From the NCBI GenBank assembly GCA_045637205.1, contig JAZTYY010000078.1, positions 952 through 64,951 of the forward strand: 64,000 nt of DNA, in the 5' to 3' direction. Each line of letters begins with the position of its first letter. The stretch's first letter is position 1. Positions 21,720 through 32,181 of this stretch are shown here, piece after piece. The notes beneath the pieces were generated by a model. The model was not told the DNA's origin and searched no databases. It saw nothing but the letters and a program-made list of their open reading frames with translations. A program made the translations under genes and the position numbers. The stretch is from Eubacteriales bacterium (GTDB lineage: Bacteria; Bacillota; Clostridia; Oscillospirales; CAG-272).

Positions 21720-24700
21720 CTATCTAGTCCAAGTAGCAGTCCAAGGATTCAAATATGCGCTACTTCCACCGCTTTTGGGTGCTATACTCTCTTCCTCTGA
21801 GTAATATGTTGAAGAAAGTGTTCTTGAAGAAAAATTTCTTTTGCCTTTATCAACCACAGATCCGCCAAAATACTCTGCCCAAGAAGCCCCTGTACCAGAC
21901 CAACTATTCGTTCCCATGACTATGATAGTTTTAACATTGTATAAAGCTTCAGGTTTAATAGTTTTTATGGATTCTGGAACGGTTATTTCTAACATCGTAC
22001 ATCCACAAAAAGTAAAATCTTCTATACATGTTATAGATTCTGGAATTGTTACGCTTGTAAGTGATGTACAATATGCGAATGCCCTCTCTCCAATGCTCGA
22101 TACGGAGTCGGGGATTGTTACACTTGTGAGAGATTTGCATTGATAAAATGCTCTATTGCCAATGCTTGTTACAGGCAAGCCATTATAGATGCTTGGAATA
22201 ATAAGATTGGAATCAGTACAAGTACCAACACCTGTTACTGAATAACTTTCGCCATCGTCATTGAGCGTATATTCAAGACCTTCGGAGGGATAATAAGTAA
22301 CCGTATCATCTTTAGCAATCTCACCGTCGGTGCAATAAATTGTATATTCTTCTGTATTAGTGTCCCAACGTTCGTGAAGCAAAATGGCTTTCCACTGCTC
22401 AACTGTACCTTCAAAATTAATTCTAGTAAGCAAGGTGCAATTACCGAATGTAGAAAAACCAATACTTGTCACTGAGTCTGGTATTACTATACTTGTGAGC
22501 GATGTGCAATCCCCGAATACACGATTACCAATACTCGTTACCGAGTCAGGGATTACTATACTTGTGAGCGATGTGCAATCACGGAATGCATAATCATCAA
22601 TACCCGTCACGGAATTGCCTATCACCACACTTGCGAGTGATGCACAACCCGAGAATGCAGAATGTCCAACACTCGTTACCGAGTCAGGGATTACTATACT
22701 TGCGAGTGATGCACAACCCGAGAATGCAGAAATTCCAATACTCGTTACGGAGTCTGGGATTACTATACTTGTGAGCGATGTGCAACCAGAGAATGCAGAA
22801 TTTCCAATACTCGTTACGGAATCTGGGATTATTATGCCCGCAAGCGATTTACAATATTCGAACGCACCATCACCAATGCTCGTCACGGAATTGCCTATCA
22901 CTACACTTGTGAGCGATGTACAATCGTTGAATGCACCCTTACCAATACTTGTCACAGAGTCAGGTATTGTTACACTTGTGAGCGATTTGCAAAAATAGAA
23001 TGCATACTCGCCAATACTTGTTACAGATTTGCCAATCGTTAAATTTGTGAGCGACTCGCACCAAAAGAATGCAGCCTCGCCAATACTTGCCACAGAGTCG
23101 CCTATAACTGCACTTGTGAGCGACTGGCACCCATAGAATGCATAATTACCAATGCTCGTCACAAAGTCTGGGATTGTTATGCTCTCAATTTTGTTTTCAT
23201 TATAGAAAGCATATTGATAGATACCATACTCTTTGCCGTCTTCATATTCGGGAAGAGTTAATGTAACATCATTGCCTGCATATTTTACAAGATATACATC
23301 TGTACCATCATCGTAGAATATATAGTCTCCAACGTATTTAATATAGGACTCTGACTCATCAGTAATAATATGCTTTGCGTAATAACCAATACGTCCATTA
23401 TCCTCGGAACCTGCAGTGATATTCAATGACGATTTGTCGCAAACTTCAATAAGTGAGTAGCAACCCGAGAATGCAGAATCACCAATACTCGTCACGGAGT
23501 CGGGGATAACTATGCTTGCAAGGGATGAGCAACTGAAGAATGCATCCTCACCAATATCTGTTACAGAATCGGGGATTATTACACTTATAAGAGAATTACA
23601 TCCATAGAATGCAGAATTACCAATACTCGTCACAGAATCAGGAATTACTATACTTGTAAAATCACATCCTGAAAATGCAGAATCACCAATAGTTGTCACA
23701 GAGTTGCCAATTGTTATATCTGTAAGTGCATAACACCTAGAGAATACACGCACGCCAATGCTTGTCACAGAGTCACCTATGACTACAGTTGTGAGCGATT
23801 CGCAACCTTCAAATGCATACTCACCAATACTCGTTACCGAGTCAGGTATTGTTACACTTATAATCGAATGACATTCTCGGAATGCAGAATTACCAATGGT
23901 AATCACAGAATCACCAATCGTTACACTTTCGAGAGAATTGCACCAATAGAACGCAGAATCACCAATGGTAATCACAGAATCACCAATCGTTACACTTTCG
24001 AGAGAATCGCACCCATAGAATGCAGAATCACCAATGGTAATCATAGAATCACCAATCGTTACACTTTCGAGAGAATCGCACCTATAGAACGCAGAATCAC
24101 CAATACTTGTTACAGATTTGCCAATCGTTAAATTTGTGAGCGACTCGCACCAATAGAATGCAGAATCACCAATACTCGTCACAGAGTTGCCTATCGTAAC
24201 GCTTACGAGACTATCACAATCTGAAAATGCGTTATCAGGTATGGATGTTGCTCCATCTTTTATTATAATCGTAGTAAGGTCACCAAGATCATCATAAGCA
24301 TATGGGAGTATTTCTCCTTCGAAAGTTATACTTTCAACATCAGAACCAGAACCATAATAAGTATCAAACGCCGAATCGGCTATAAATTTTGTATCTTTGT
24401 GAACAACACAATGCTCGTCCTTGAAATTATCTAACTTGATCAATGCATAATAAGGGTTGTTTGCATTACCAAGGTAATAAGTATCATAATATTTGTTAAA
24501 CACAAGCGAGTCGCAATCCTTAAACGCATTCTTTCCGATACTTGTTACAAAATCGGGAATCATTACACTAATAATTTTGTAATTACCATAAAATGCATAT
24601 TGATAAATACCATACTCTTTTCCACCCTCATATTCGGGAAGAGTTAATGTAACATCATTGCCTGCATATTTTACAAGATATACATCTGTACCGTCATCGT

Positions 24701-27700
24701 AGAATACATAGTCTCCAACGTATTTAATATAGGATTCTGACTCATCAGTAATTATATGCTTCGCATAATAACCAATATATCCATTATCCTCGGAACCTGC
24801 AACGATATTCAATGACGATTTGTTGCAAACTTCAACAAGTGAGTAGCATTCCCAAAACGCTGAGTCATGAATAGCCTTCACAAACTCAGGGATCGTTATA
24901 TTTGTTATCTTGCTATTATTACGGAATGCACAGTAATAAATTTCATAGTCTTTAAGCTCTTTATGTTCAGGTGAAGTTGCTTCAGTGTCGATACCTTCAT
25001 AATATTCAGGAAGAACTATTTCATTATCATTTCCAGTATATTTTACAAGATATACATCTGTACCATCATCATAGAATATATAGTCACCTACATATTTCAA
25101 ATATGATTCAGATTCATCAGTAATAATATGCTTTGCATAATAACCAATATATCCATTATCCTCGGAACCTGCAGTGATATTCAATGACGATTTGTCGCAA
25201 ATTTCAATAAGTGAGTAGCAACCCGAGAATGCAGAATCACCAATACTCGTCACGGAATTGCCTAATGTTACACTTGTGAGCGATTCACAATCCCAGAATG
25301 CACTCTCACCAACACTTGTCACGGAGTCGGGGATTATTATGCTTGTGAGAGATGTACAACCTTCGAATGCCCCATAACCAATGTATGTTACAGAATTGCC
25401 CATAGTTACATTTGTGAGAGAAATACAATCCCAGAATGCTAAATCACCAATACTTGTCACGGTGTCGGGGATTATCATGCTTGTGAGAGATGTACAATCG
25501 TCGAATGCCAATCCGTCAATAATCGTAACGGGAAGCCTATTGTACATATTCGGAATTACAATATCAGTATCTGTGCAAGTTCCAATTCCAATTACAGAAT
25601 AACTTTTTCCATCACTGTTTAACAAATATTCCAATCCAATAGAACCCGTTGCATACAAAATTCCACCTTCCACCAATACTTCTCCGCACACCGCACAGAG
25701 AGAATGATATTTACCATCTTCGGTTATAGTCGGTTCCAAATCAACAATCCATTCGCCTTCTGTATGTCCAAGTGCAGAAACTACTCGCTGTGCAACGAAA
25801 ACTTCATTACATCTTGAACAATGCTTACCCTGTGTAAGACCTGTCTCTGTACATGTGGGGGCTACCGCATTATCAATCACCGTAGCATGACCGAGAGCTT
25901 TAACTGTAATTTTTTTACGACTAAGTTCTTCGCCACACACTGTACAATATACGACACTATCATATGAACCTGATTCCGTACATGTAGGATCTATGTTGTT
26001 TTCTACAACCACACCGCTACGTGAATGGCCGAGTGCAGAAACAACCTTCTGAGCAACGAGAACTTCGTTACATCTTGAACAATGCTTTCCTTCGGTAAGA
26101 CCTGTTTCTGTACATGTTGGAGCTACTGCACTATCTATTACTTCGACATGTCCAAGTTCAGGAACTACTTCCTGTGCAACAAGAACTTCTCTACATCTTG
26201 AGCAATGCTTACCTTCTGTAAGACCTGTTGCTGTACATGTGGGTGCTACTGCTTTATCTATTACTTCTTTATGTCCAAGCGCTGGAACTACTTCCTGTGC
26301 AACAAGAACTTCGTTACATCTTGAACAGTGCTTACCCTGTGTAAGACCTGTTGCTGTACATGTAGGTGCTACTGCTCTATCTGTTACTTCAACATGACCG
26401 AGGGCAGAAACAACCTTCTGATCAACAAGAACTGCATTACATCTCGAACAATGCTTACCCTGTGTAAGACCTGTTTTTGTACATGTTGGAGATACTGCAC
26501 TATCTATTACTTCGACATGTCCAAGCGCAGGAACAACCTTCTGAGCAACAATGACTTTATTACAAACTGAGCAGCGCTTTCCTTCTGTAAGACCCGTTTC
26601 AGTACATGTGGGTGCTACTGCATTGTCTATTACTTCTGTATGAGGAAGTTTAGAAACGGTTTGCTGCGCTACTGTAACAGTTCCACAAACTGAGCAGTGC
26701 TTACCTTCGGTAAGGCCCGTTGCTGTACATGTGGGAGCTACTGCTTTATCTATTACTTCTGTATGAGGAAGTTTAGAAACGGTTTGTTGTGCAACTGTAA
26801 TAGCACCACAAACGGAGCAGTGCTTACCTTCTGTAAGACCCGTCTTTGTACATGTGGGAGCTACTGCTTTGTCTATTACTTCTGTATGAGGAAGTTTAGA
26901 AACGATTTGCTGCTCGACAAGAACTTCTCCACATCTCGAACAATGCTTACCTTCTGTAAGACCTGTCTTTGTACAAGTAGGTGCTACCGCCTTATCGATG
27001 ACCTCACTATGTCCAAGCGCGGGAATTACCGTCTGTGCAACTGTAACAGTGCCACAAACTGAGCAATGTTTGCCTGCTGTCAATCCAGTATTTGTACATG
27101 TTGCAGCTACCGCTTTATCAGCAACTTGAGTATGTGCCTTCATAGAAACGGTATTCTGCTTAACAGTAACTGTACCACAAACACTACAATGTTTACCTTC
27201 GGTAAGCCCTGTACTTGTACAAGTTGCTTCAACTGCGGGATCAACAACTTCGGTATGTGCTTTCATAGAAACTGTAGTCTGCTTAACGGTAACTGTACCA
27301 CAAACAGAACAATGCTTACCTTCGGTAAGCCCTGTACTTGTACAAGTTGATGCAACCGCGGGATCTGTAACTTCGGTATGTCCAAGAGCAGGAAGCGTTG
27401 TAGCTGAAACCAAAGTTTTACCACAATGTGAACAAGTCTGGCTTTCTGTTTTACCTGCTTTAGTACAGGTGGGGGCAACTGCGGGGTGTGTTACAGGTGT
27501 ATGGTCAGTTTTAGACACACGCTCTTGTCTTACAATAGTTCTATTACAAACCGAGCAATGTGAACCCTCTGTATATCCATATGTTGTACAAGTTGGTTCT
27601 ACCGCAGGATCAATCACTTCGGTATGACCAAGAGCAGGAATAACTTCTTGCTCAACAAAAGTTGTATAACATCTTGAACAATGAGAACCTTCGGTATAAC

Positions 27701-28235
27701 CCTTAGCTGTACATGTGGGCGCTCTAGCAGAGTCAATCACTTCGACATGTCCAAGCGCGGGAATGAGATTGGATTCAACAACAAGTTCATTACAGGTTTT
27801 ACATGATGCAAATTCTGAAAAACCGTCTTCAGTACAAGTTGCAGGTGTTCCCGGATAATACTCTAAAGTGTGTCCAATTTCAGGGATTTTTTCTTGGGGA
27901 ACAAGATCTTCTCCACACGTGGAGCATCTCTTACCTTCGGTAAGACCTTCCACTGTACATGTTGGAGCTATACCTTCAACAACTTCTTCTGTGTGCTGTG
28001 CGGGAAGAACCTCTTGTGAAACAATGATTTCTCCACAAGTAGCACAGTGCTTACCTTCTGTAAGACCTGTTTTAGTACAAGTGGGCACTACTGCTTCATC
28101 AATCACTATAACATGCTCGTGAGCAGGAGGCTCTTGCTTCGTTGTAGTTTGAGTATTATTGCTTTTACATGCACTCAAGATGAGTAAAAACGTTAATACT
28201 ACTACTAGAAATAATAGCTTTAAAAACTTTTTCAT
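21720..28235 (-). CDS. giant cell-surface lipoprotein: about 18 Cys-rich 43-aa repeats followed by BspA-type leucine-rich repeats (LRR_5)
   Basis: [23 protein letters not shown] has a lipobox. Cys-rich repeats read [23 protein letters not shown]...V.Q. There are dozens of 23-aa units [22 protein letters not shown] at 28235 is preferred over the track start. Confidence 0.85.
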   Translation of the reverse strand: MKKFLKLLFLVVVLTFLLILSACKSNNTQTTTKQEPPAHEHVIVIDEAVVPTCTKTGLTEGKHCATCGEIIVSQEVLPAQHTEEVVEGIAPTCTVEGLTEGKRCSTCGEDLVPQEKIPEIGHTLEYYPGTPATCTEDGFSEFASCKTCNELVVESNLIPALGHVEVIDSARAPTCTAKGYTEGSHCSRCYTTFVEQEVIPALGHTEVIDPAVEPTCTTYGYTEGSHCSVCNRTIVRQERVSKTDHTPVTHPAVAPTCTKAGKTESQTCSHCGKTLVSATTLPALGHTEVTDPAVASTCTSTGLTEGKHCSVCGTVTVKQTTVSMKAHTEVVDPAVEATCTSTGLTEGKHCSVCGTVTVKQNTVSMKAHTQVADKAVAATCTNTGLTAGKHCSVCGTVTVAQTVIPALGHSEVIDKAVAPTCTKTGLTEGKHCSRCGEVLVEQQIVSKLPHTEVIDKAVAPTCTKTGLTEGKHCSVCGAITVAQQTVSKLPHTEVIDKAVAPTCTATGLTEGKHCSVCGTVTVAQQTVSKLPHTEVIDNAVAPTCTETGLTEGKRCSVCNKVIVAQKVVPALGHVEVIDSAVSPTCTKTGLTQGKHCSRCNAVLVDQKVVSALGHVEVTDRAVAPTCTATGLTQGKHCSRCNEVLVAQEVVPALGHKEVIDKAVAPTCTATGLTEGKHCSRCREVLVAQEVVPELGHVEVIDSAVAPTCTETGLTEGKHCSRCNEVLVAQKVVSALGHSRSGVVVENNIDPTCTESGSYDSVVYCTVCGEELSRKKITVKALGHATVIDNAVAPTCTETGLTQGKHCSRCNEVFVAQRVVSALGHTEGEWIVDLEPTITEDGKYHSLCAVCGEVLVEGGILYATGSIGLEYLLNSDGKSYSVIGIGTCTDTDIVIPNMYNRLPVTIIDGLAFDDCTSLTSMIIPDTVTSIGDLAFWDCISLTNVTMGNSVTYIGYGAFEGCTSLTSIIIPDSVTSVGESAFWDCESLTSVTLGNSVTSIGDSAFSGCYSLIEICDKSSLNITAGSEDNGYIGYYAKHIITDESESYLKYVGDYIFYDDGTDVYLVKYTGNDNEIVLPEYYEGIDTEATSPEHKELKDYEIYYCAFRNNSKITNITIPEFVKAIHDSAFWECYSLVEVCNKSSLNIVAGSEDNGYIGYYAKHIITDESESYIKYVGDYVFYDDGTDVYLVKYAGNDVTLTLPEYEGGKEYGIYQYAFYGNYKIISVMIPDFVTSIGKNAFKDCDSLVFNKYYDTYYLGNANNPYYALIKLDNFKDEHCVVHKDTKFIADSAFDTYYGSGSDVESITFEGEILPYAYDDLGDLTTIIIKDGATSIPDNAFSDCDSLVSVTIGNSVTSIGDSAFYWCESLTNLTIGKSVTSIGDSAFYRCDSLESVTIGDSMITIGDSAFYGCDSLESVTIGDSVITIGDSAFYWCNSLESVTIGDSVITIGNSAFRECHSIISVTIPDSVTSIGEYAFEGCESLTTVVIGDSVTSIGVRVFSRCYALTDITIGNSVTTIGDSAFSGCDFTSIVIPDSVTSIGNSAFYGCNSLISVIIPDSVTDIGEDAFFSCSSLASIVIPDSVTSIGDSAFSGCYSLIEVCDKSSLNITAGSEDNGRIGYYAKHIITDESESYIKYVGDYIFYDDGTDVYLVKYAGNDVTLTLPEYEDGKEYGIYQYAFYNENKIESITIPDFVTSIGNYAFYGCQSLTSAVIGDSVASIGEAAFFWCESLTNLTIGKSVTSIGEYAFYFCKSLTSVTIPDSVTSIGKGAFNDCTSLTSVVIGNSVTSIGDGAFEYCKSLAGIIIPDSVTSIGNSAFSGCTSLTSIVIPDSVTSIGISAFSGCASLASIVIPDSVTSVGHSAFSGCASLASVVIGNSVTGIDDYAFRDCTSLTSIVIPDSVTSIGNRVFGDCTSLTSIVIPDSVTSIGFSTFGNCTLLTRINFEGTVEQWKAILLHERWDTNTEEYTIYCTDGEIAKDDTVTYYPSEGLEYTLNDDGESYSVTGVGTCTDSNLIIPSIYNGLPVTSIGNRAFYQCKSLTSVTIPDSVSSIGERAFAYCTSLTSVTIPESITCIEDFTFCGCTMLEITVPESIKTIKPEALYNVKTIIVMGTNSWSGTGASWAEYFGGSVVDKGKRNFSSRTLSSTYYSEEESIAPKSGGSSAYLNPWTATWTR
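21960..25720 (-). repeat. coding LRR region (69-bp / 23-aa periodicity) interrupted by three near-identical blocks of about 200-260 bp
   Basis: The block [55 protein letters not shown] occurs three times, at approximately 23200-23465, 24590-24850 and 25010-25215. Confidence 0.7.
23886..24092 (-). repeat. three nearly perfect 69-bp tandem repeats inside the LRR region
   Basis: The unit AGAATCACCAATGGTAATCACAGAATCACCAATCGTTACACTTTCGAGAGAATCGCACCCATAGAATGC is repeated with only a few substitutions per copy. Confidence 0.8.
25800..28115 (-). repeat. about 18 tandem 129-bp coding repeats (Cys-rich C-x9-11-C-x2-C modules)
   Basis: Periodic [15 protein letters not shown] in the translation. Antisense track ORFs show the same periodicity. 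Confidence 0.75.
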
Positions 28236-28387
28236 AACTTTTTCTTCTTTCACGTTTAAGCCCGTCGGCATTTCTACCTTAAATTTTACCACTTTTTGAA
28301 ATTATTGTCAAATAATATTATTATATAATAATATTTTCAGTAAAAACGACAAATTTAGGGACTATATTTTATAGACAATAGACAACA

Positions 28388-28412
28388 AAAAGGAGCGCTT
28401 GTGCGCTCCTTT
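28388..28412. terminator. hairpin AAAGGAGCGC-TTGT-GCGCTCC-TTT after the WYL gene
   Basis: Same stem sequence GGAGCGC/GCGCTCC as the hairpin at 21647-21672. Confidence 0.6.
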
Positions 28413-28480
28413 AAGAATATTTTGTGAAATTAGTATGAATAAACTTCGTTACCCATAATGTATGGTAAGTCAATACTCCT

Positions 28481-29473
28481 TTAAATATATATTTCGTTAA
28501 TAGTTTCCATATAATTTTTAAAACCATTTACAACCGATATTGGCGCAAGCAACTTTACCTTTTCCCCAAATGAAGAACACCACCCGAAGAAGAGGTCACT
28601 AACTTGAACGTTCACGGTGAAACGAACGGTATTTTCTCCACTTGTTACCATCTTCGTGTGTTCTCCAAAAAGGTCGAACACGGCATCAACAAGAGATCTG
28701 TCGATGTCAATCGTCACCGCAGTAGCTTCACCTGAAAACATACCAAAAAGCTGCTTTTTGTATTGTGCAATATCAAAATGCATATCTTCTGGTGGAAGCT
28801 CAACGTCTTTTGTCCACTCGATCTCGACCTTTTCCATACGGTCGATACGGTAGTTTGATATCTTATTATATCGAGAGTCGAAGGTTACAAGGTAGTAATG
28901 CCCGTCGGCAAATACTGTACCAATGGGATTTACAATATAGTGATGGTGATCCCTTCTATACACCTTGTTGTGATTAATATCGTAGTCGAAATAATAGAAA
29001 ATAATCTTTTTGCCAACGTTAATCGCATTGATTATGGTGTCAACACTGTAATAAATGCTTTCGTTGGTGTTTTTTTGCGTATTGAACTTTACAATATTGT
29101 TCTGCAAGATTAGTCCCTTTTGGCTACCTGCAAGATCCGCTATTTTTTGTATAAGCTCGGCACTCTTTTTCTCGGTGATAAACGATGCCGCCTGCACCGC
29201 GTCCATCAAGATATGTAACTCGGGCGCGTTAAAGCTACGGTCTTCAACATAATAAAGATTACTTCTTCCACGTCGGCACATTATCTCATATCCGTGCTCG
29301 TTGAGAAGTTTGATATCATCATAAATTGTCGTTCTGTGCGCCTCAATTCCACTTTCCAAAAGCTTCGCACGTAGCTCCTCGGTACCCATCGGGTGCTCCT
29401 CGTCAGTCTCCCTCTTGAGAATTTCGTATATCTTTAAAGGTCTTATTCTATTGTATTTTTCAGTTGATTTCAT
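28481..29473 (-). CDS. WYL-domain transcriptional regulator (HTH + WYL + C-terminal extension)
   Basis: N-terminal wHTH (LKIYEILKRETDEEHPMGTEELRAKL...TIYDDIKLL). WYL-type core HHYIVNPIGTVFADGHYYLVTFDSRYNKISNYRIDRM. ATG at 29473 has a GAGGA RBS. Confidence 0.75.
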   Translation of the reverse strand: MKSTEKYNRIRPLKIYEILKRETDEEHPMGTEELRAKLLESGIEAHRTTIYDDIKLLNEHGYEIMCRRGRSNLYYVEDRSFNAPELHILMDAVQAASFITEKKSAELIQKIADLAGSQKGLILQNNIVKFNTQKNTNESIYYSVDTIINAINVGKKIIFYYFDYDINHNKVYRRDHHHYIVNPIGTVFADGHYYLVTFDSRYNKISNYRIDRMEKVEIEWTKDVELPPEDMHFDIAQYKKQLFGMFSGEATAVTIDIDRSLVDAVFDLFGEHTKMVTSGENTVRFTVNVQVSDLFFGWCSSFGEKVKLLAPISVVNGFKNYMETINEIYI

Positions 29474-29477
29474 AAAC

Positions 29478-30728
29478 TTATTCCTCTTTTTCAAACACAG
29501 GTTTTTGAATAGAAAAATGGTATCTTGGGTTAGTGCTTGTCACAATTTTGCATATATTCCAATCCTCATCAAAATCTAAAAATGCAATTGATTCATAATT
29601 GGTTTCTTCCTTTGATGCCAATATCAAGCATCTCTTGCCAACCGAATATTCTAATTCTTCCTCTCCATCATCTATTGATTTAATCACTGCAAAATGTACA
29701 AAATACTGGTCGGGGTTAGCACTTTTAACATATTTAAATTGATTTATAACTGCATCTATACCTACATATTTATTACCACTTTGAGATAAATAAACTACGT
29801 CTTCAGCAAGTATTGATTTTATACGGTCGGCATCATTTCCCGCAAACATATAGCGCATTGCAGCAAGATTATTTTCCTCGTTCTTCACTATACCTTTTTC
29901 GTATTCATATATAGCTACATCTGCCGAAAGTGTACCATACATAACAACTGTTGAACCAACTTCCATATTGCAACGAAGCTCCTCATCTACTTGATCTACT
30001 GTATGAACAATCTCAAGTTCACCATAATCAGTATTTATACCGCATAAAATAAATGCATTGTGAGACTCACCCTCAAATGTAATTTTACCACAATACAAAT
30101 GCTTGACTGTGCCTCTTATAACTGTAATATCGTCAATATTTTCGTCTTTTTCAAACTCTTCGGAATTAGGGTCACGATTTCTCATAAGTCCTGCAGGCAT
30201 AACCGTACCTTCACCTATTAACCACTTGTGACCATCTTTAGATACCGGTTGATGTTCTGTATATTCCTCTTCATCTTTGTAGTATTCAATAATTTGTGGA
30301 TATGCAGCAACTTGCATTCTCACAACATCATCTTCCATAAAACTTGGCAAAACATCGGCATTTACAATATTAACAACCGCCATTCCTTCTCTGTTCATTC
30401 GAGTAACTGCTACTCGCCTTTCAAGAAGATCAGCATCTTTTCTATTGATATTCATTCCGTGTAACCTGACTTGCCAAACTGAGTGGCCCGAAATGTGTGT
30501 ATCCAAACCAAGTCCTTGGTAAGCTGTGCCATTCACTTCGTCGGTTTGATCACGAAACCCCGTACGCATTATGAGCTGTGCAGCGCCTAAATGATGATTT
30601 ATGTACGGTAATTTATAGTAACCATATATTGCTTTTCCTTCGCTTGCTACCAATCCCATTAATGAGCCAAAATCTTCTTCACTTTTTCGAAAGAAATCCA
30701 TATTCAAATTTTCCAAATAAAGTCCCAT
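29478..30728 (-). CDS. hypothetical 416-aa protein; C-terminal about 120 aa resembles a SnoaL/NTF2-like fold
   Basis: GGAGGT RBS. No catalytic motifs recognised. C-terminus reads MRYMFAGNDADRIKSILAEDVVYLSQSGNKYVGIDAVINQFKYV. Confidence 0.6.
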   Translation of the reverse strand: MGLYLENLNMDFFRKSEEDFGSLMGLVASEGKAIYGYYKLPYINHHLGAAQLIMRTGFRDQTDEVNGTAYQGLGLDTHISGHSVWQVRLHGMNINRKDADLLERRVAVTRMNREGMAVVNIVNADVLPSFMEDDVVRMQVAAYPQIIEYYKDEEEYTEHQPVSKDGHKWLIGEGTVMPAGLMRNRDPNSEEFEKDENIDDITVIRGTVKHLYCGKITFEGESHNAFILCGINTDYGELEIVHTVDQVDEELRCNMEVGSTVVMYGTLSADVAIYEYEKGIVKNEENNLAAMRYMFAGNDADRIKSILAEDVVYLSQSGNKYVGIDAVINQFKYVKSANPDQYFVHFAVIKSIDDGEEELEYSVGKRCLILASKEETNYESIAFLDFDEDWNICKIVTSTNPRYHFSIQKPVFEKEE

Positions 30729-30754
30729 ATTTAACCTCCATCATTTTTATCAAC

Positions 30755-30940
30755 TTAGAATTCTTTAACGATATCAAGCACCATAATCGGTGTTGTTTCA
30801 ACGCTAATTGTATCGTTCTTGTAGTCGAAATACTCAACTTCAAACAAGTGGTCCGTATATTTCTGCACAATAGTTCCTAATGTTCCTGCAGGAATTTCTT
30901 CATAATCAGCCGTTAACATTACTACATCAAATTCTTTCAT
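30755..30940 (-). CDS. DUF4926-like small protein
   Basis: FDVVMLTADYEEIPAGTLGTIVQKY.DHLFEVEYFD..NDTISV.T matches the DUF4926 pattern. Confidence 0.55.
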   Translation of the reverse strand: MKEFDVVMLTADYEEIPAGTLGTIVQKYTDHLFEVEYFDYKNDTISVETTPIMVLDIVKEF

Positions 30941-30989
30941 AATCTTCTCCTTTTCGGATTAATCATCTATTATGTCACCATTATACACC

Positions 30990-31018
30990 TTTATTTTCCT
31001 TTTGTAAAGTCTGAGTTG
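30990..31018 (-). promoter_or_regulatory. promoter TTTACA-17-TATAAT for the DUF4926 / 416-aa / WYL operon
   Basis: Minus strand reads TTTACAAAAGGAAAATAAAGGTGTATAAT. Confidence 0.55.
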
Positions 31019-31061
31019 TCACTTTTTCACTTCACCTTAACAAAAGTTGTCGGTTTTTAGA

Positions 31062-31087
31062 GACAATATAGAAAAAGTCGGCTAAAG
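31062..31087. terminator. hairpin AAAAA-GTCGGC-TAAA-GCCGAC-TTTTT after the glycan cluster
   Basis: Perfect 6-bp stem with symmetric A/T runs. Confidence 0.6.
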
Positions 31088-31115
31088 CCGACTTTTTCAA
31101 ATTTTGAAATATTCA

Positions 31116-32174
31116 TTAGTTTTCAAAATATCTCTTATATTCCATTGCAGCAAAAATGAGTGCTGCTATACCATAGCTCCAATTCTTGTCGCGTGGAATA
31201 AGTGTATATCCCAATTTTGGGAATATGGGCAGTGGGATGGTTGGGCCGCTTATTTCAGGCATATACGTACCATGTTCATCACTCTCCATAGCATTGACGC
31301 AAGCTTCAAATGCCTTTATTGCAGGTTCAAGGAATTTCTTATCCAAGTAACCACATCTTATGCCATGAAGCCATCCGGCACTGATAAGTGCAGTTGCGGA
31401 AAGCTCACGATATGAATCATACTTTAACAAGGTAGAAAAGGTATAGTCATCTCTCATACAAGAAAGAAGTGCCTCACTCGTCTTTTGAAAAAGATCAATA
31501 ATTGTGGAAGATTCCTTGTGCTCCAAACCAATATTATCAAGTATCATTGGGAATGCGCAAATTACCCATCCGTTTCCTCTACCCCAAAACAAATTATTTT
31601 GAGGAAATGCGCGTTTTTGCTTTACCCAATATGAATGTGCCCAAAGATTTTGCTCCTTGTCCATCATCATGGATGCATATTGCTTGGGCTGGCGCGCAGC
31701 AAAATCAATTAATTCCATGTCCCCACTCTCCCTTGCATAAAGAGATGTGAAAACCGAAAACATCATTACACTATCAACCCAGACACTCTTAGGATAGAGC
31801 TTTCCTTTTTTACTATTGCCCAGGTGATTGAGGCAATCGAGATAAAGTCTTGGCTCATTGCGAATATAATTTATAACCTTGTTTGTAAGTCTTTCGTATT
31901 CGGGATTGCCTGTGCGCTTATACATAGCATAGGTAATAAGACCGGGGGCTGCAGTATCGGATTGATCAACAGCAGGGTCTACCTTTGCCCAATAATCACA
32001 GTAATCGCAAAGAAATTTAGTATAATCTTCTCTTCCGTTTTCCTTGTCGAATTCATCAAGGGCATATCCCAAAAGCGCTTCTCCCCACATCCATTTCATT
32101 TTGGGCTCCCAAGTGGATGCTACAAAATCAGCAAGCTTTTTAACCTTTAAATAATTATTCTCATTATATTTCAT
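31116..32174 (-). CDS. glycoside hydrolase family 88/105 (unsaturated glucuronyl/rhamnogalacturonyl hydrolase-like)
   Basis: WMWGEALLGYAL, DSVMM, LFWGRGNGWV motifs. ATG at 32174. Confidence 0.7.
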   Translation of the reverse strand: MKYNENNYLKVKKLADFVASTWEPKMKWMWGEALLGYALDEFDKENGREDYTKFLCDYCDYWAKVDPAVDQSDTAAPGLITYAMYKRTGNPEYERLTNKVINYIRNEPRLYLDCLNHLGNSKKGKLYPKSVWVDSVMMFSVFTSLYARESGDMELIDFAARQPKQYASMMMDKEQNLWAHSYWVKQKRAFPQNNLFWGRGNGWVICAFPMILDNIGLEHKESSTIIDLFQKTSEALLSCMRDDYTFSTLLKYDSYRELSATALISAGWLHGIRCGYLDKKFLEPAIKAFEACVNAMESDEHGTYMPEISGPTIPLPIFPKLGYTLIPRDKNWSYGIAALIFAAMEYKRYFEN

Positions 32175-32181
32175 ATTTTTC

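Noticed and set aside
23886-24092. Regular 69-bp repeats that could be mistaken for a CRISPR array
   Set aside because: The repeats are contiguous with no unique spacers. They are in frame inside a long ORF and encode LRR units. There are no cas genes in the window.
22384-27350. Numerous plus-strand track ORFs (e.g. 22384-22593, 22615-22998, 23868-24131, 26328-26570, 26697-27062, 27066-27350) with striking internal periodicity
   Set aside because: They lie antisense to the 6.5-kb LRR/Cys-repeat gene. Their periodicity simply mirrors the coding repeats of the minus strand. They have no RBS and no independent support.
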